Of a DNA stretch of 64,000 nt, positions 23,331 through 35,745 are shown one piece after another. The notes beneath the pieces are model-generated. The model saw only the letters and a program-made list of their open reading frames with translations, did not search any database and had not been told where the DNA came from. The translations under genes were made by a program, and so were the position numbers. Origin of the DNA: Eledone cirrhosa (lineage: Eukaryota); the NCBI GenBank assembly GCA_964016885.1, contig OZ024752.1, forward strand, positions 40,300,001 to 40,364,000, written 5' to 3'. The first letter of the stretch is position 1. Each line of letters begins with the position of its first letter.

Positions 23331-25035
23331 GGTGGAGAGACATGGATTGTGTGGTCAATAGTGTTAAGTGGGTTGAAGCACTTACCAATTTGTCAGGAGT
23401 GTACTAATGAAGAACATAGCTAAGGAGTGGTAGTGGAGGGAGCATGGGTGAATTGGCGTGCATATAGATGGAGAAAGTAGCTACTAGGGTGCAATAGTGA
23501 GGGTTTCTAAGGTCTTTAGAGGTGGGGGGGGGGGTAGCTAAGGAGTAATACTGGGAGGGGGGTGGGGGTGGATCGAATGGGGGTGTACAGTGAGGCGCAA
23601 GGAGAGTTACCAGCGAGGGACATTAAAGATTATATGTGTGTATGTATTTTTAGGTACCAGATGGAGAAATTGGTGTCAAAAGAAAATATCATGTTATTTC
23701 AATCTGTTTTGTAGTTATATGAGTTCAATTTTGCTTTTCATTCTTGAGGTGGATGAAATAAGTACCAGACAAATGACGGGGTCTGATATAAGAGGTTAAA
23801 GCCATTGAAAGCAGTACTCCAGCATGGCCACAGTCCAATAATTTAGCCTGCTAAAAGAATAAACGAATAAACTGTGGAAAGAAATTTGATAAACATTTAT
23901 GACCAAAACATGCTAAGACATGTGTTCAGTTTAAAATATTGATATCTAATATTGATCTTTAAAAATGGCACAAGGCCACACATTACGAAAATATTGATTT
24001 TCTAATATTGATCTCTGATACTAGTTAAAATCATGAAACTTACAGATTAAAATATTGTAAATCCAAAGTATAATATATTAGGTGCTAATCAATGTATGGG
24101 AGAAATCTTTTGTTGTGTTTAACATTAGTTAATGTTTTATTATCAGATATGCTGTCTTAATGTATTACAAAGTAATCATCGTCATCATCATCATCATTTA
24201 ACATCCACTTACCCTAATAGCGAGGGTTGGATGGGTCTACATAGACCAAGTCAATACTGAAGCAAGGCTACTGGCCTCAGAGAGAGTATAATAGGGGACT
24301 GCATATCACTTAGTTATGGTCATAAATTATATCAAAGCTAGAAGAGAAGTTGTGTCATTTGACACAAGCTGAAGGATCCACTAAAGCCTTTGCTTTCCAA
24401 GTTACCTATGGCTGTATGCCCTTCCTATACCTAACCATTTTACAATTAAACATAAAGGTATTGAAGTTTTCCCTCAGTTACAAAGATCAGATAGATTATG
24501 AAAATAAAATATATTTATTATCTCTAAGTTACAGAGATTAGTAAGATTATGACAGTAAAATAACATTGTTTTCTCTAAGTTAGAGAGATCAACAAAACTA
24601 TGATACTCAAATAACCTCATTTTCTCTTTGTTACAGAAATCAGTGAGGCTAAGACGGTTAAATAACATTATTTTCTCTTTGTTGCAAAGATCAGTGAGGC
24701 TATGACAGTTGAATAACATTATATTCTTTCAGTCACCGAGATCAGTGGGGCTATGACAGTAAAATAGTGTTATTTTCCCTTTGTTACAGAGATCAGCAAT
24801 GCTATGACATTCAAATAACATTATTTTTTTTTTGTTACAGACATCAATGAGGCTATGAAAGTGAAGTAACATTGTTTTCACTTTGTTACAGAGAATAACT
24901 TTATTTTCTTTCAGATACAGAGAGCAGTGATGCTATAACGGTTAGATAAAATTTGTTGCCCTTTGTTACAGAGATCAGTGAGGCTATGGCATTCAAATAA
25001 CTTTATTTTCTCTATGTTACAGAGATGAGTGATAC

Positions 25036-25155
25036 AGTCTGAGTTCAAATCCCGCCGAGGTTAACTTTGCCTTTCATCCTCACGGGGTTGATAAAATAAA
25101 GTACCAGTAATGTACTGGATAATTGCTGGCCTTGTGCCTAAAGTAGAAACAATTA
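25036..25155 (+). mobile_element. SINE-A fragment in the 51-bp array
   Basis: GTCTGAGTTCAAATCCCGCC...GAAACAATTATT. Confidence 0.9.
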
Positions 25156-26308
25156 TTTTCTCTCTCCTACAGAGATTAGTGAATCTATTACAGTTAAATA
25201 AAATGATTTACCTCCTGTTACAGGGATCAGAGATGCTATGAGATTCAATTAATATTATTTCCTTCAGTTACAGAGATGAGTGAAGCTATGAAGTTTAAAT
25301 AACATTATTTTCCTTTTGTTACATACATCAGCGAAACTATGACATTTAAATAACATTATATTCTTGCAGTTACAGAGATCAGTGAGGCTATGACAGTCAA
25401 ATAACATAATTTTCCCTTTGTTACAGAGAACAGTGAGGCTATGAAAGTTAGATAATATTATTTTCTCTTTGTTGCAGAGAACAAGGAGGCTATGATATTC
25501 AAAAAACTTTATTTTCCTCTGTTACAGAGATCACCAACGTTATGAGAGTCAAATAAAGTTATTTTCTTTTTACAGAAATCATCGAATCTATGACATTCAA
25601 ATATCATTTTCTTTCAGTTACAGAGATCAATGATGTTATGACATTCAAAGAACATTAATTTCTCTTTGTTAGAGAGATCAGTGAGGCTATGACATTTAAA
25701 TAACATTATTTTCTCTTTCTTACGCAGATCAGTGACTTTAAATAACGTTATCGTCTTTCAGTTACAGAGAACATTGTGTCTATGACACTCAAAAAACATT
25801 ATTTTCTCTTTCTTACAGAGATCAGTGAGGCTATGACATTGAAATAATATCCTTTTCTTTCAGTTACGGCGATTAACGAGGCTATGACAGTTAAATATGA
25901 TCAATTTCTCTTTGTTACAGAGATCAGCAGAACTATGACATTGAAATATCATTATTTTTTCTTTGTTACAGAGATCAGTAATGCTATAACTCTTGAATAA
26001 CATTATTTTTCCTTTGTTAGGAGAGATCAGTGAGGTTATGACATTGAAAGAGTATTTTTTTTATTTGGGAAACAGAGATCAGTGAGGCTATGACTTTGAA
26101 ATAATATCTTTTTTTTCCAGTTTCAGAGATCAGTGAGGCTATGACAGTTGTATATTATTCATTTCTTTCAGTCACAGAGATCAGTGAGGCTATGACATCG
26201 AAATAATATCCTTTTCTTTCAGTTACGGCGATTAACGAGGCTATGACAGTTAAATATGATCAATTTCTCTTTGTTACAGAGATCAGTGAGGCTATGACTT
26301 TGAAATAA

Positions 26309-26480
26309 TTGTTTCTACTTTTGGCACAAGGCCAGCAATTACCCAGGGCATTACTGGTACTTTATTTTATCGACCCCGTAAGGATGAAAGGCAAAGTTAA
26401 CCTCGGCGGGATTTGAACTCAGAATGGCAAGGGAAGTAACTCTATGCGTCAAAGCATGGCGTCCGACCCTCTACCGATAC
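26309..26480 (-). mobile_element. SINE-A in the 51-bp array
   Basis: Flanked by ATGACTTTGAAATAAT on both sides. Confidence 0.9.
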
Positions 26481-26756
26481 ATGACTTTGAAATAATATCT
26501 TTTTTTTCCAGTTTCAGAGATCAGTGAGGCTATGACAGTTGTATATTATTCATTTCTTTCAGTCACAGAGATCAGTGAAGCTATGACAGTCATATAACAT
26601 TATATTCTTGCAGTTACAGAGATCAGTGAGTTTATGACATTTAAATAACATTATATTCTTTGAGTTACAGAGAGATCAGCAAGGCTATGACATTGAAATA
26701 ATATCTTTTTCTTTCACTTACAGAGATCAGTGAGGCTATGACATTTAAATAACATT

Positions 26757-26943
26757 GGTGAATTGGCAGTATCGGTAGAATGTTGGAGGCCATGTTTTCT
26801 AGCATAGTTACGTCCCTTTACAGTCTGAGTTCAAATCCCGCCGAGGTTAACTTTGCCTTTCATCCTTACGGGGTCGATAAAATAAAGTACCAGTAATGTA
26901 CTGGGTAATTGCTGGCCTTGTGCCAAATGTAGAAACAATTATT
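26757..26943 (+). mobile_element. SINE-A in the 51-bp array
   Basis: GGTGAATTGGCAGTATCGG...GAAACAATTATT. Confidence 0.9.
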
Positions 26944-27163
26944 TTCCCTTTGTTACATAGAATAGTGAGGCTATGACATTTAAATAACATTATTTTCTTT
27001 CAGTTACAGAGATAAGTGAGCTATGACACTTAAATAACATTATTTTCTCTTTGTTACAGTTATCTGTGAGGCTATGATAGTTAAATGACTTTATGTTTCA
27101 GCAAATAAAAAAAAAATGAAAATAATAATAACAATAGAATCTTAAAATGTTAGTTGAAGCCTT

Positions 27164-27233
27164 AAAAAATAATCGAGATGAAACCAATAATAATGTTAAT
27201 ATATTATTATTGTTTTCATCTCGATTATTTTTT
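27164..27233. repeat. 31-bp inverted repeat with 8-nt spacer
   Basis: AAAAAATAATCGAGATGAAACCAATAATAAT / ATTATTATTGTTTTCATCTCGATTATTTTTT, one mismatch. Confidence 0.9.
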
Positions 27234-27494
27234 GATTATGAGCTTTAGATTTTCAGTTAGCTTTTAGCTGTGTTGTTGAGTGTTATGGAGTAAAAGAGGA
27301 AGTGAGAACACTTATATGAGGCATGCAAATTTGTTTATGTATTCTTTTAGTAGGAAGTGTATCATGTTTAGAAATATTGGAATTATTTCTGTAATACATG
27401 AATATTTTTTTCTTTCTTACTATTCATTTTGAATCAATTTATGTTTCTCCTTTTTGATACAGTATTTTGGATTGCTGAGTGACTTTCGACCCCC

Positions 27495-27551
<57 letters not shown>

Positions 27552-28351
27552 AATATGGGCTGGGGTGATAAAAATGTATCCAGTAAATCCAAGTGGTTAT
27601 ATAAGAGAAAGCAGGATTTCATAAAATGAATTAAACAGATGAATACATAAGTTTGGATAATGTATTTAAATGTTAATAAAACATCAGAGACAACAAAATT
27701 GAGGATAAGAAAATAGAATAGAAATGTCTTTAACATGACATTCAGCAGAAAGAAGACTATGAGAAAAATAAGAAAAAAGATAGAAAAAAGAGCAAGAAAA
27801 AAGAAAAGCTAGAGAAAAACTCTATCATCTGTACACAAAAGCTTTCCAAAACACATATATAAAAAGAGTTGAGTATATTCTTAGCCAAACATAACTTACA
27901 TAATTAAATCTTGAGAAAGATAGATAGATATGTGGGCAGACATGAACTCTTTAAGCTGTAGTGAAGGCAACCTATCTAGGAAAGTAGACACTCTGAATAA
28001 AAACTGATATAGTGTGGAAAGGACTCTCAAGTCTAGTAAGGTTCTTCTCTCTAGTGCTGGAGATACGAACAATGCCTCCAGTTCGTGCTGTAAAGTGGTT
28101 GGTGATAAGAAGGGTATCCAGCAAGGAAAAAACCCTGCCAAAAAATTATGGAAAGCACAAAAAGTATATGGGATGATAGGGGATACAGTTACTCTCATTG
28201 AATCCAGAATATACTTGTAAGTGGCCATGCAACTTCCTTGAAATAGCAGCCAAATCCTTCTCAAATTACCACCTAACACTTTAAAAAAGGACATGCTGAA
28301 TAATGAAAACTTGGGTTCTGTGAACATAGGAAAAAGATAGAATTATCATGT

Positions 28352-28506
28352 CTGGATTACATAGCTTTGATTAGAGGGTCTACTGAATTAGGGTTTATCC
28401 TGGATGGGACTGGTGCTAAACAATAACCCTGGATTACATAGCTTTGATTAGAGGGTCTACTGAATTAGGGTTTATCCTGGATGGGACTGGTGCTAAACAA
28501 TAACCT
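28352..28506. repeat. 77-bp tandem duplication
   Basis: CTGGATTACATAGC... at 28352 and 28429. Confidence 0.93.
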
Positions 28507-28542
28507 TGAAATGAAGAAAAACAAAGTCAACACAAGTTGGAA

Positions 28543-28736
28543 ATAATAATAATTGTTTCTACTTTTGGCACAAGGCCAGAAATTATCCCAGTGTATTACT
28601 GGTACTTTATTTTATCGACCCCTTAAGGATGAAAGGCAAAGTTAACCTCGGCGGGTTTTGAACTCAGTCCGTAAAGGGACGTAACTGTGCTGCAAAGCAT
28701 GGCGTCCGACCCTCTACCGATACTGCCAATCCACCA
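28543..28736 (-). mobile_element. SINE-A directly 3' of a CR1 tail
   Basis: Minus-strand SINE-A abuts the CR1 3' end at 28737. Confidence 0.9.
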
Positions 28737-29511
28737 ATGAAAATTATTGTGTACAGTGCTCATCAAAGGTGCATGTACAAATGTCAGGAAAGTGAACAGT
28801 GTATGAGTCATGAAATACACTCAGATACATGCCTGCTTGTGTATGGAAGGGGAATATCAGGTGTAGTATTGGCAAATTTTGGGAAGGATGGAAGTTTTGA
28901 AGAATGCAGTGTCCCGACAGCTAACAACTGATGCAGGTAATTTGTTCCATGGAGGCCTTAAAGGATGCAGTGTCCCGACAGCTAACAACTGATGCAGGTA
29001 GTTTGTTCCATGCTTCAGCAACTCCGAACATGAAAAAATGTTCTGAAAGTTATGGGAGCTGTGCTGCTTTCTGATTTTGCAAGCATGTCCATGGGTGTTA
29101 GACACATGGAATTCAAAAAGGTGCTCAGGGTTGTTGTTTGCAAGATGGTTAATAATTTTGTGGGTGTCTACCAAGTCAGTTGCTAGATGTCAGAGCTTTA
29201 ATATATCCATACCCAGGGAAGCAAGGCGTTGAGAGTACGGTAGATGCCTGATGGAGAGTATTCGTTTGGTTGCACATCAGTGAATAGTTTCCAGGAGGTC
29301 AAATATTCTGAGCAAGATAGGGGTTCTAGACTGGTGATGCAAATTTTAAGTGTGGCCACACTATAGCTATATACAGCTTTAAATAGATAGCTGGAGAGCA
29401 GCTGACAAAGGTCTTACTGACACCCTCAATCTTCTTGACAATTTTAGAGATGGGCTTTGTCCAACACAAATCACTGTTGACAATAAGGCCCAGGTTACAT
29501 TCACAAAGAAG
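28737..29511 (-). mobile_element. CR1-clade LINE 3' fragment
   Basis: Same family as 13584-14774 (PHLKFASPV, NTHGHACKIRKQHSSH, WNKLPASVVSC). Confidence 0.92.
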
Positions 29512-29729
29512 ATCTAGTAAAACTATTAAAGACCAGTCCGTTATTTTTTTTACCATTCCTACAACATTAAGCTCTTAAGTATGATTCAAGGAACATTTCA
29601 CTGCTATTTCTAGCTGGTCCAGTGACCATATACAGGCTCCCTCATTGACTTGTGGCTATAAATTAGTAGGCTAGAATGGAGTTGTATTTATGGTACTCAT
29701 GGAAATTCCTGCCATTTCCATCATAACTA

Positions 29730-31148
29730 TACCACCACCACCATCATTACCAACATCATCACTAATACCACCACCACCATTACTAACACTACCACCCCCA
29801 CCATCACTAACACCACCCCACCAACATCATCACTAACACCACCAACATCATCACTAATACCACTACCCCCACCATCACTAACACCACCACAATCATCACT
29901 ACCATCACTAACACCACCCCACCAACATCATCACTAACACCACCACTATCATCACTAATACCACTACCCCCACCATCACTAACACCACCCCACCAACATC
30001 ATCACTAACACCACCACTATCATCACTAATACCACTACCCCCATCATCACTAACACCACCCCACCAACATCACTAACACCACCACAATCATCACTACCAT
30101 CACTAACACCACCCCACCAACATCATCACTAACACCACCACTATCATCACAAATACTACTACCCCCACCATCACTAACACCACCCCACCAACATCATCAC
30201 TAACACCACCACTATCATCACTAATACCACTACCCCCATCATCACTAACACCACCAACATCATCACTAACACCACCACAATCATCACTACCATCACTAAC
30301 ACCACCCCACCAACATCATCACTAACACCACCACTATCATCACAAATACTACTACCCCCACCATCACTAACACCACCCCACCAACATCATCACTAACACC
30401 ACCACTATCATCACTAACACCACTACCCCCACCATCACTAACACCACCCCACCACTATCATCACTAACACCACTACCCCCACCATCACTAACACCACCAA
30501 CATCATCACTAACACCACCACAATCATCACTACCATCACTAACACCACCCCACCAACATTATCACTAACACCACCACTATCATCACAAATACTACTACCC
30601 CCACCATCACTAACACCACCCCACCAACATCATCACTAACACCACCACAATCATCACTAATACCACTACCCCACCATCACTAACACCACCCCACCACTAT
30701 CATCACTAACACCACTACCCCCACCATCACTAACACCACCCCACCACAATCATCACTAACACCACTACCCCCACCATCACTAACACCACCCCACCACTAT
30801 CATCACTAACACCACTACCCCCACCATCACTAACACCACCCCACCAACATCATCACTAACACCACCACAATCATCACTAACACCACTACCCCCACCATCA
30901 CTAACACCACCCCACCACTATCATCACTAACACCACTACCCCCACCATCACTAACACCACCCTACCAACATCATCACTAACACCACCACTATCATCACTA
31001 ACACCACTACCCCCACCATCACTAACACCACCCCACCAACATCATCACTAACACCACCACTATCATCACTAACACCACTACCCCCACCATCACTAACACC
31101 ACCCCACCAACACCACCACTATCATCACAAATACTACTACCACCACCA
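29730..31148. repeat. Compound (ACC/ATC/ACT) trinucleotide-derived array
   Basis: G-free + strand built from CACCATCACTAACACCACCC-type modules. Confidence 0.95.
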
Positions 31149-31300
31149 GAAATTACTTCCAGCCTTACTAGTTGACTACTAATCATGACTCTGGCCAGAA
31201 ATAAAACTGGTTACAGGAAAAAAAAAAATGGTATTCTGAACTTTGACCTATTGAAGTTTAGAATAAAGGGAAGTCAGGCAAGTTTTCTAATGATAAAGAC

Positions 31301-31540
31301 AATAATTGTTTCTACTTTAGGCACAAGGCCAGCAATTTGAAGGGAAAGTCAACAATTTGATGGGGAGAAGTCGATTAATTCGACCCCAGTACATTACTGG
31401 TGCTTTATTTTATCGGCCCCATAAGGATGAAAGGCAAAGCTAACCTCAGCGGGATTTGAAATCAGAATGTAATAGGCTGTATGTAGCTCTATACTGTAAA
31501 ACATATTGCCCGACGCTCTACTGATTCTGCCAATCTACTG
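31301..31540 (-). mobile_element. SINE-A long (older) variant
   Basis: Has an extra purine-rich/GTCGATTAATTCG segment between GCAATT and ACCCCAGT that the short copies lack. Confidence 0.85.
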
Positions 31541-31566
31541 AATAATAAATTATTATCTAAATACAG

Positions 31567-32570
31567 ACAAAAAGAAAACAGCACAGTTCCCATGACTTTC
31601 GGAAACATTTTTTCACGCTCAGAGTTGCTGAAGCATGGAACAAACTACCTGCATCAGTTGTTAGCTGTCGAGACACTGGATCCTTTAAGGCCTCCATGGA
31701 ACAAACTACCTGCATCGGTTGTTAGCTGTCGAGACACTGGATCCTTTAAGGCCTCCATGGAACAAACTACCTGCATCGGTTGTTAGCTGTCGAGACACTG
31801 CATCCTTTAAGGCCTCCATGGAACAAACTACCTGCATCGGTTGTTAGCTGTCGAGACACTGCATCCTTTAAGGCCTCCTTGGAACAAACTACCTGCATCG
31901 GTTGTTAGCTGTCGAGACACTGCATCCTTTAAGGCCTCCATGGAACAAACTACCTGCATCGGTTGTTAGCTGTCGAGACACTGCATCCTTTAAGGCCTCC
32001 TTGGAACAAACTACCTGCATCGGTTGTTAGCTGTCGAGACACTGCATCCTTTAAGGCCTCCATGGAACAAACTACCTGCATCAGTTGTTAGCTGTCGAGA
32101 CACTGCATCCTTTAAGGCCTCCATGGAACAAACTACCTGCATCAGTTGTTAGCTGTCGAGACACTGTATCCTTTAAGGCGTCCTTGGAACAAACTACCTG
32201 CATCAGTTGTTAGCTGTCGAGACACTGCATCCTTTAAGGCCTCCATGGAACAAACTACCTGCATCGGTTGTTAGCTGTCGAGACACTGCATCCTTTAAGG
32301 CCTCCATGGAACAAACTACCTGCATCGGTTGTTAGCTGTCGAGACACTGCATCCTTTAAGGCCTCCATGGAACAAACTACCTGCATCGGTTGTTAGCTGT
32401 CGAGACACTGCATCCTTTAAGGCCTCCATGCTTCCAGAGATCCGCCAACACTACAGTTAACACATACACACATGTACTTCCCTGACATTTGTGTATTATT
32501 CTATGTACTATATTGACGAGTTGTGGTGCACCTGAGCACTTTACACAATAATTTCATTATTATCATTATT
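31567..32570 (+). mobile_element. CR1 3' fragment containing an expanded 61-bp array
   Basis: RKQHSSHDFRKHFFTLRVAEAWNKLP, then the array, 3' UTR and (ATT)n. Confidence 0.92.
31634..32426. repeat. 61-bp minisatellite, 13 copies, derived from CR1 coding sequence
   Basis: Unit CATGGAACAAACTACCTGCATC.GTTGTTAGCTGTCGAGACACTGCATCCTTTAAGGCCTC; 793 bp / 61 = 13. Confidence 0.96.
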
Positions 32571-32869
32571 ATAAACCAGTACAAGTCTGTAAAAAGATGA
32601 AATTATATTTCTGTTGCAAAAATAAATAAACCCAATGCATTGTTCATGTTTAATGCATGTATTGCATGCTTTTATTATAAAGGTGGAGAAGTTCAAGTAT
32701 GTTGGTGCCGTGTTCACGAGTGATGGAAGGCAGGAGGCTGAATTGCAGGAGTTGGTGCCGTAATGCACCAACTTCAGCATTCAGTTATTAGAAGAAGGGA
32801 GGTAAGTGAAAATCCTTGCTATCTTGAATTTAGTATTTCCACTATAAAGGATCGTGCTCAGTATACACT

Positions 32870-33180
32870 GAGGATGAAAAACTCAGAGCTGTATGGGAGC
32901 ATCCCAAAAGTCAGCTCAAAAGTGACACAGAGGAGACTGAGGTTAGCTGGACATGCTCACCGACATCCAGAGTTGACATTGCACTCAGTGCTCCTTTGGG
33001 AGCCCCTACATGGACACACTAGAAGAGGAAGACCAAGGTTAACGTATGTTGATGCCCTAAGGACAGACACTGGTCTGTTGGAGACGCAGGACATGGCAGC
33101 GATAATGAGGGACAGAGACCGCTGGAGAGAACTCGTCCATGGATCTCGGGAATTTTACCCGCCTTAGATAGATAGATATA
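32870..33180 (+). mobile_element. RTE-group LINE 3' end (second family) with intact C-terminus
   Basis: QRRLRLAGHAHRH, LLWEPLHGHTRRGRPRLTYVDAL; (TAGA)n tail right after the stop. Confidence 0.85.
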
Positions 33181-33442
33181 TCACAATTTCATGATATCCA
33201 TAATTATTGAATACACAGAGGAAGCTCCAATACTATTTACAGGACCTAGTTTTGCTCTTTCCAACAACATATTGTACCTATGTATATCATGTAAACTCTC
33301 AATATATTTACTACTACCGAAATGCATATTAGTTCAGTTTCAACAGTTGTAATTGAGTCAATAACATTTTTTTTTTTGCATATGATAATATTCACAATTC
33401 AATGGCTGAATCAGTGCCATTCTTTGTGTTATATATATATAC

Positions 33443-33958
33443 ATCGTCATCATCATTTTAATGTCCACTTTCTTTGCTATCAAGGGTTTGATGAGTCCAT
33501 ACAGACCTTGTCAGTACTGAAGCAAGGCCACTGATCTCCCTGACAGGCCAGGGATCTGCATCTTACTTAGCTTATGTACAGTCTCATGTTCTACCAAGTG
33601 CACAGGAGATGTTGTTATGTCTTTGATACAACTGAGGGTCTTCCCAAACCTTTGTTTGGCAAGCTTTCTATAGCTGGATGCCCTTCCTATCACCATCCAC
33701 TTTACAGCATGTACTGCGTGTGTTTATTGTGTAGACCACCAACACTAGGGAGGCTGACATGTCCTTGACATGATTGAGGGGTCCTCCCAAACCTTTGTTT
33801 GGCAAGCTTTCTATAGCTGAATGCCCTTTCTATCACCAACCACTTGACAGCATGTACTGCGTGTGTTTATTGTGTAGACCACCAACACTAGGGAGGCTGA
33901 CATGTCCTTGACATGATTGAGGGGTCTTCCCAACCCTTTGTTTGGCAAGCTTTCTAGG
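33443..33958 (-). mobile_element. Old RTE-tailed retroposon with ~143-bp internal tandem duplication
   Basis: (CAT)n and TTTAATGTCCAC tail; GAGGG.TC.TCCCAA.CCTTTGTTTGGCAAGCTTTCTA occurs three times; related pieces at ~24176-24300 and ~51905-52080. Confidence 0.7.
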
Positions 33959-34579
33959 GCTAAGTTCTCCCCACTTCATACCCCTGACTCATCTTTCCAG
34001 CCCAACATGAAAAGCCGTGAGACTCCTCTCAACACTTTTTTAACATGGTTTCTACCTTACAGTATGTACTGGGTGCATTTTTTCTTGGCGTTAGCATTAG
34101 AGAGGTTTTGGTCATTGACTCAGCAGGTGTGGGATAGGGGTTGGTAGTGTCATGGGTGTGGTGGGGTGGTGGAATTTGACAGTTATGAGTGGGAGGAGAG
34201 GGCTGACATCCGATGTGGGAGATACTGTGGTGATAACAGCTACTAAAGGGTTATGAGTGTTCCTTTAAATAAGCACCGTTAAGGAAGGTACTAGGTATTC
34301 AAACCTATCTAGGTGTCCCCTTAAATAAGCACTACTAGACATTTAAATCTATGTTGGATCACATCACAGTAATGAGAACGATATTCAGTGCAATCTGGGA
34401 TAAACTGGTCACCAAAGTGATAGATATCTGAGGCCCTATCCTTCACTCAGCCAAGGATGACATCACACCTGATAGAATCGAAATTCGTTTTTGAGATCAA
34501 GTTTGAAGAAAATCTTGGGATTTTCCAAAGGCATGTGAATTTAAACTAAATAATTTGCGAAAACAGACATTCATCCTTA

Positions 34580-35290
34580 CAAGGAAGCCTATGCAGTGCA
34601 CCCTACATGTAAATGGAGTTCCAATGAAGCAGGTAGAGAAGTTCAAGTATTTTGGGGCCGTGTTCACGAGTGATGGAAGGCAGGAGGCTGAATTAATTGC
34701 AGGGTCTGGTCACTATCTTCAATTTGGTATTCGTACCAACCCTTACCTATAGTCATGAATTTTGGGGTAATTACTGAAAGAATATGATCGCGAATACAAG
34801 TGGCCGAAATGGGGTTCCTCCGAAGGGTCTTTGGAGTAACATTACTCAATAAAGTGGGTATCTCGGAGATCAGAGTGTCACTCTAGGTAGAGCCACTACT
34901 TCTCTGAATTGAGAGATCACAGCTCCAATACAGTGGTTAGAATGTCTCAAGATAGAATCGGACAGATTTTTACAGGCAAAAACCAACCAGCAAGAGACCC
35001 AGGGGTAGACCCCAAGCAAGATGGTTGGATAACATCCATGAACTTGGCTGGTCTCACTTGGGGACCCAGCAGGATCAGTTGGAGATGGTTGCTTCTGACA
35101 GGGCCTGCTGGAAGGAGTGTTTGAGGACTCTTCTGACAGGGCCTGCTGGAAGGAGTGTTTGAGGACTCTTCTGACAGGGCCTGCTGGAAGGAGTGTTTGA
35201 GGACTCTTCTGACAGGGCCTGCTGGAAGGAGTGTTTGCAGACTCTGCTCCCACGACCCTCTCAGGAATAAGTGGACGAAGAAGTAGAATG
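34580..35290 (+). mobile_element. Decayed RTE-clade LINE 3' region (third family)
   Basis: KQVEKFKYFGAVFTSDGRQEAE and RIQVAEMGFLRRV motifs; a related piece lies at ~32680-32800. Confidence 0.8.
35092..35243. repeat. 38-bp tandem repeat, 4 copies, inside the LINE
   Basis: CTTCTGACAGGGCCTGCTGGAAGGAGTGTTTGAGGACT at 35092, 35130, 35168, 35206. Confidence 0.93.
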
Positions 35291-35468
35291 AATACCTTCA
35301 TTATGGAAAAATAATTGCCTTCAGTTTTATCTATATAAGTTCAATAATTTCCTTGTGGCGATTCATAGAGTGGATTAAACAGCCTAAACTGAAAAAGAAA
35401 TTAGGAAACACAAAATCGTTATAACTAAAAAGTAAATTTATCCGAAGTATTATAATTGTAAAAAAAAT

Positions 35469-35503
<35 letters not shown>

Positions 35504-35555
35504 CAGGGGATCCCAGAAACTAGTAGTTTGGTAAAATGAAGTTAGATGTAAAATA

Positions 35556-35745
35556 GAAATTATATTTTTTCCAGCTCGTGACCATTGAGACGTTTGGTAG
35601 AGCTGGGTCACTGACCGAAATTTTTGTCATCGTTAGCAGTTCGTCTTACCGAGCTGTCAGCTGATGCTCCTGGTGTGGGTGCCTGGTTGTTTCAGCGCCT
35701 TAGCCTCGCCATCACAAGAGGTAATGCTGCCAGCGTGTTGTTTTA
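35556..35745 (+). mobile_element. CRE-clade retrotransposon C-terminal fragment
   Basis: FQLVTIETFGRAGSLTEIF ... AWLFQRLSLAITRGNAASVL. Confidence 0.78.

Larger units (their letters stand above)
24474..27090. repeat. Diverged 51-bp minisatellite, roughly 40 units, with three SINE-A insertions
   Basis: Consensus ~TTACAGAGATCAGTGAGGCTATGACATTTAAATAACATTATTTTCTCTTTG; period 51 at 24631, 24682, 24733. Confidence 0.92.

Noticed and set aside
29730-31148. Mucin-like Thr/Pro/Ser-rich coding exon
   Set aside because: Module lengths shift the frame into TAA stops; no splice signals or start recognised.
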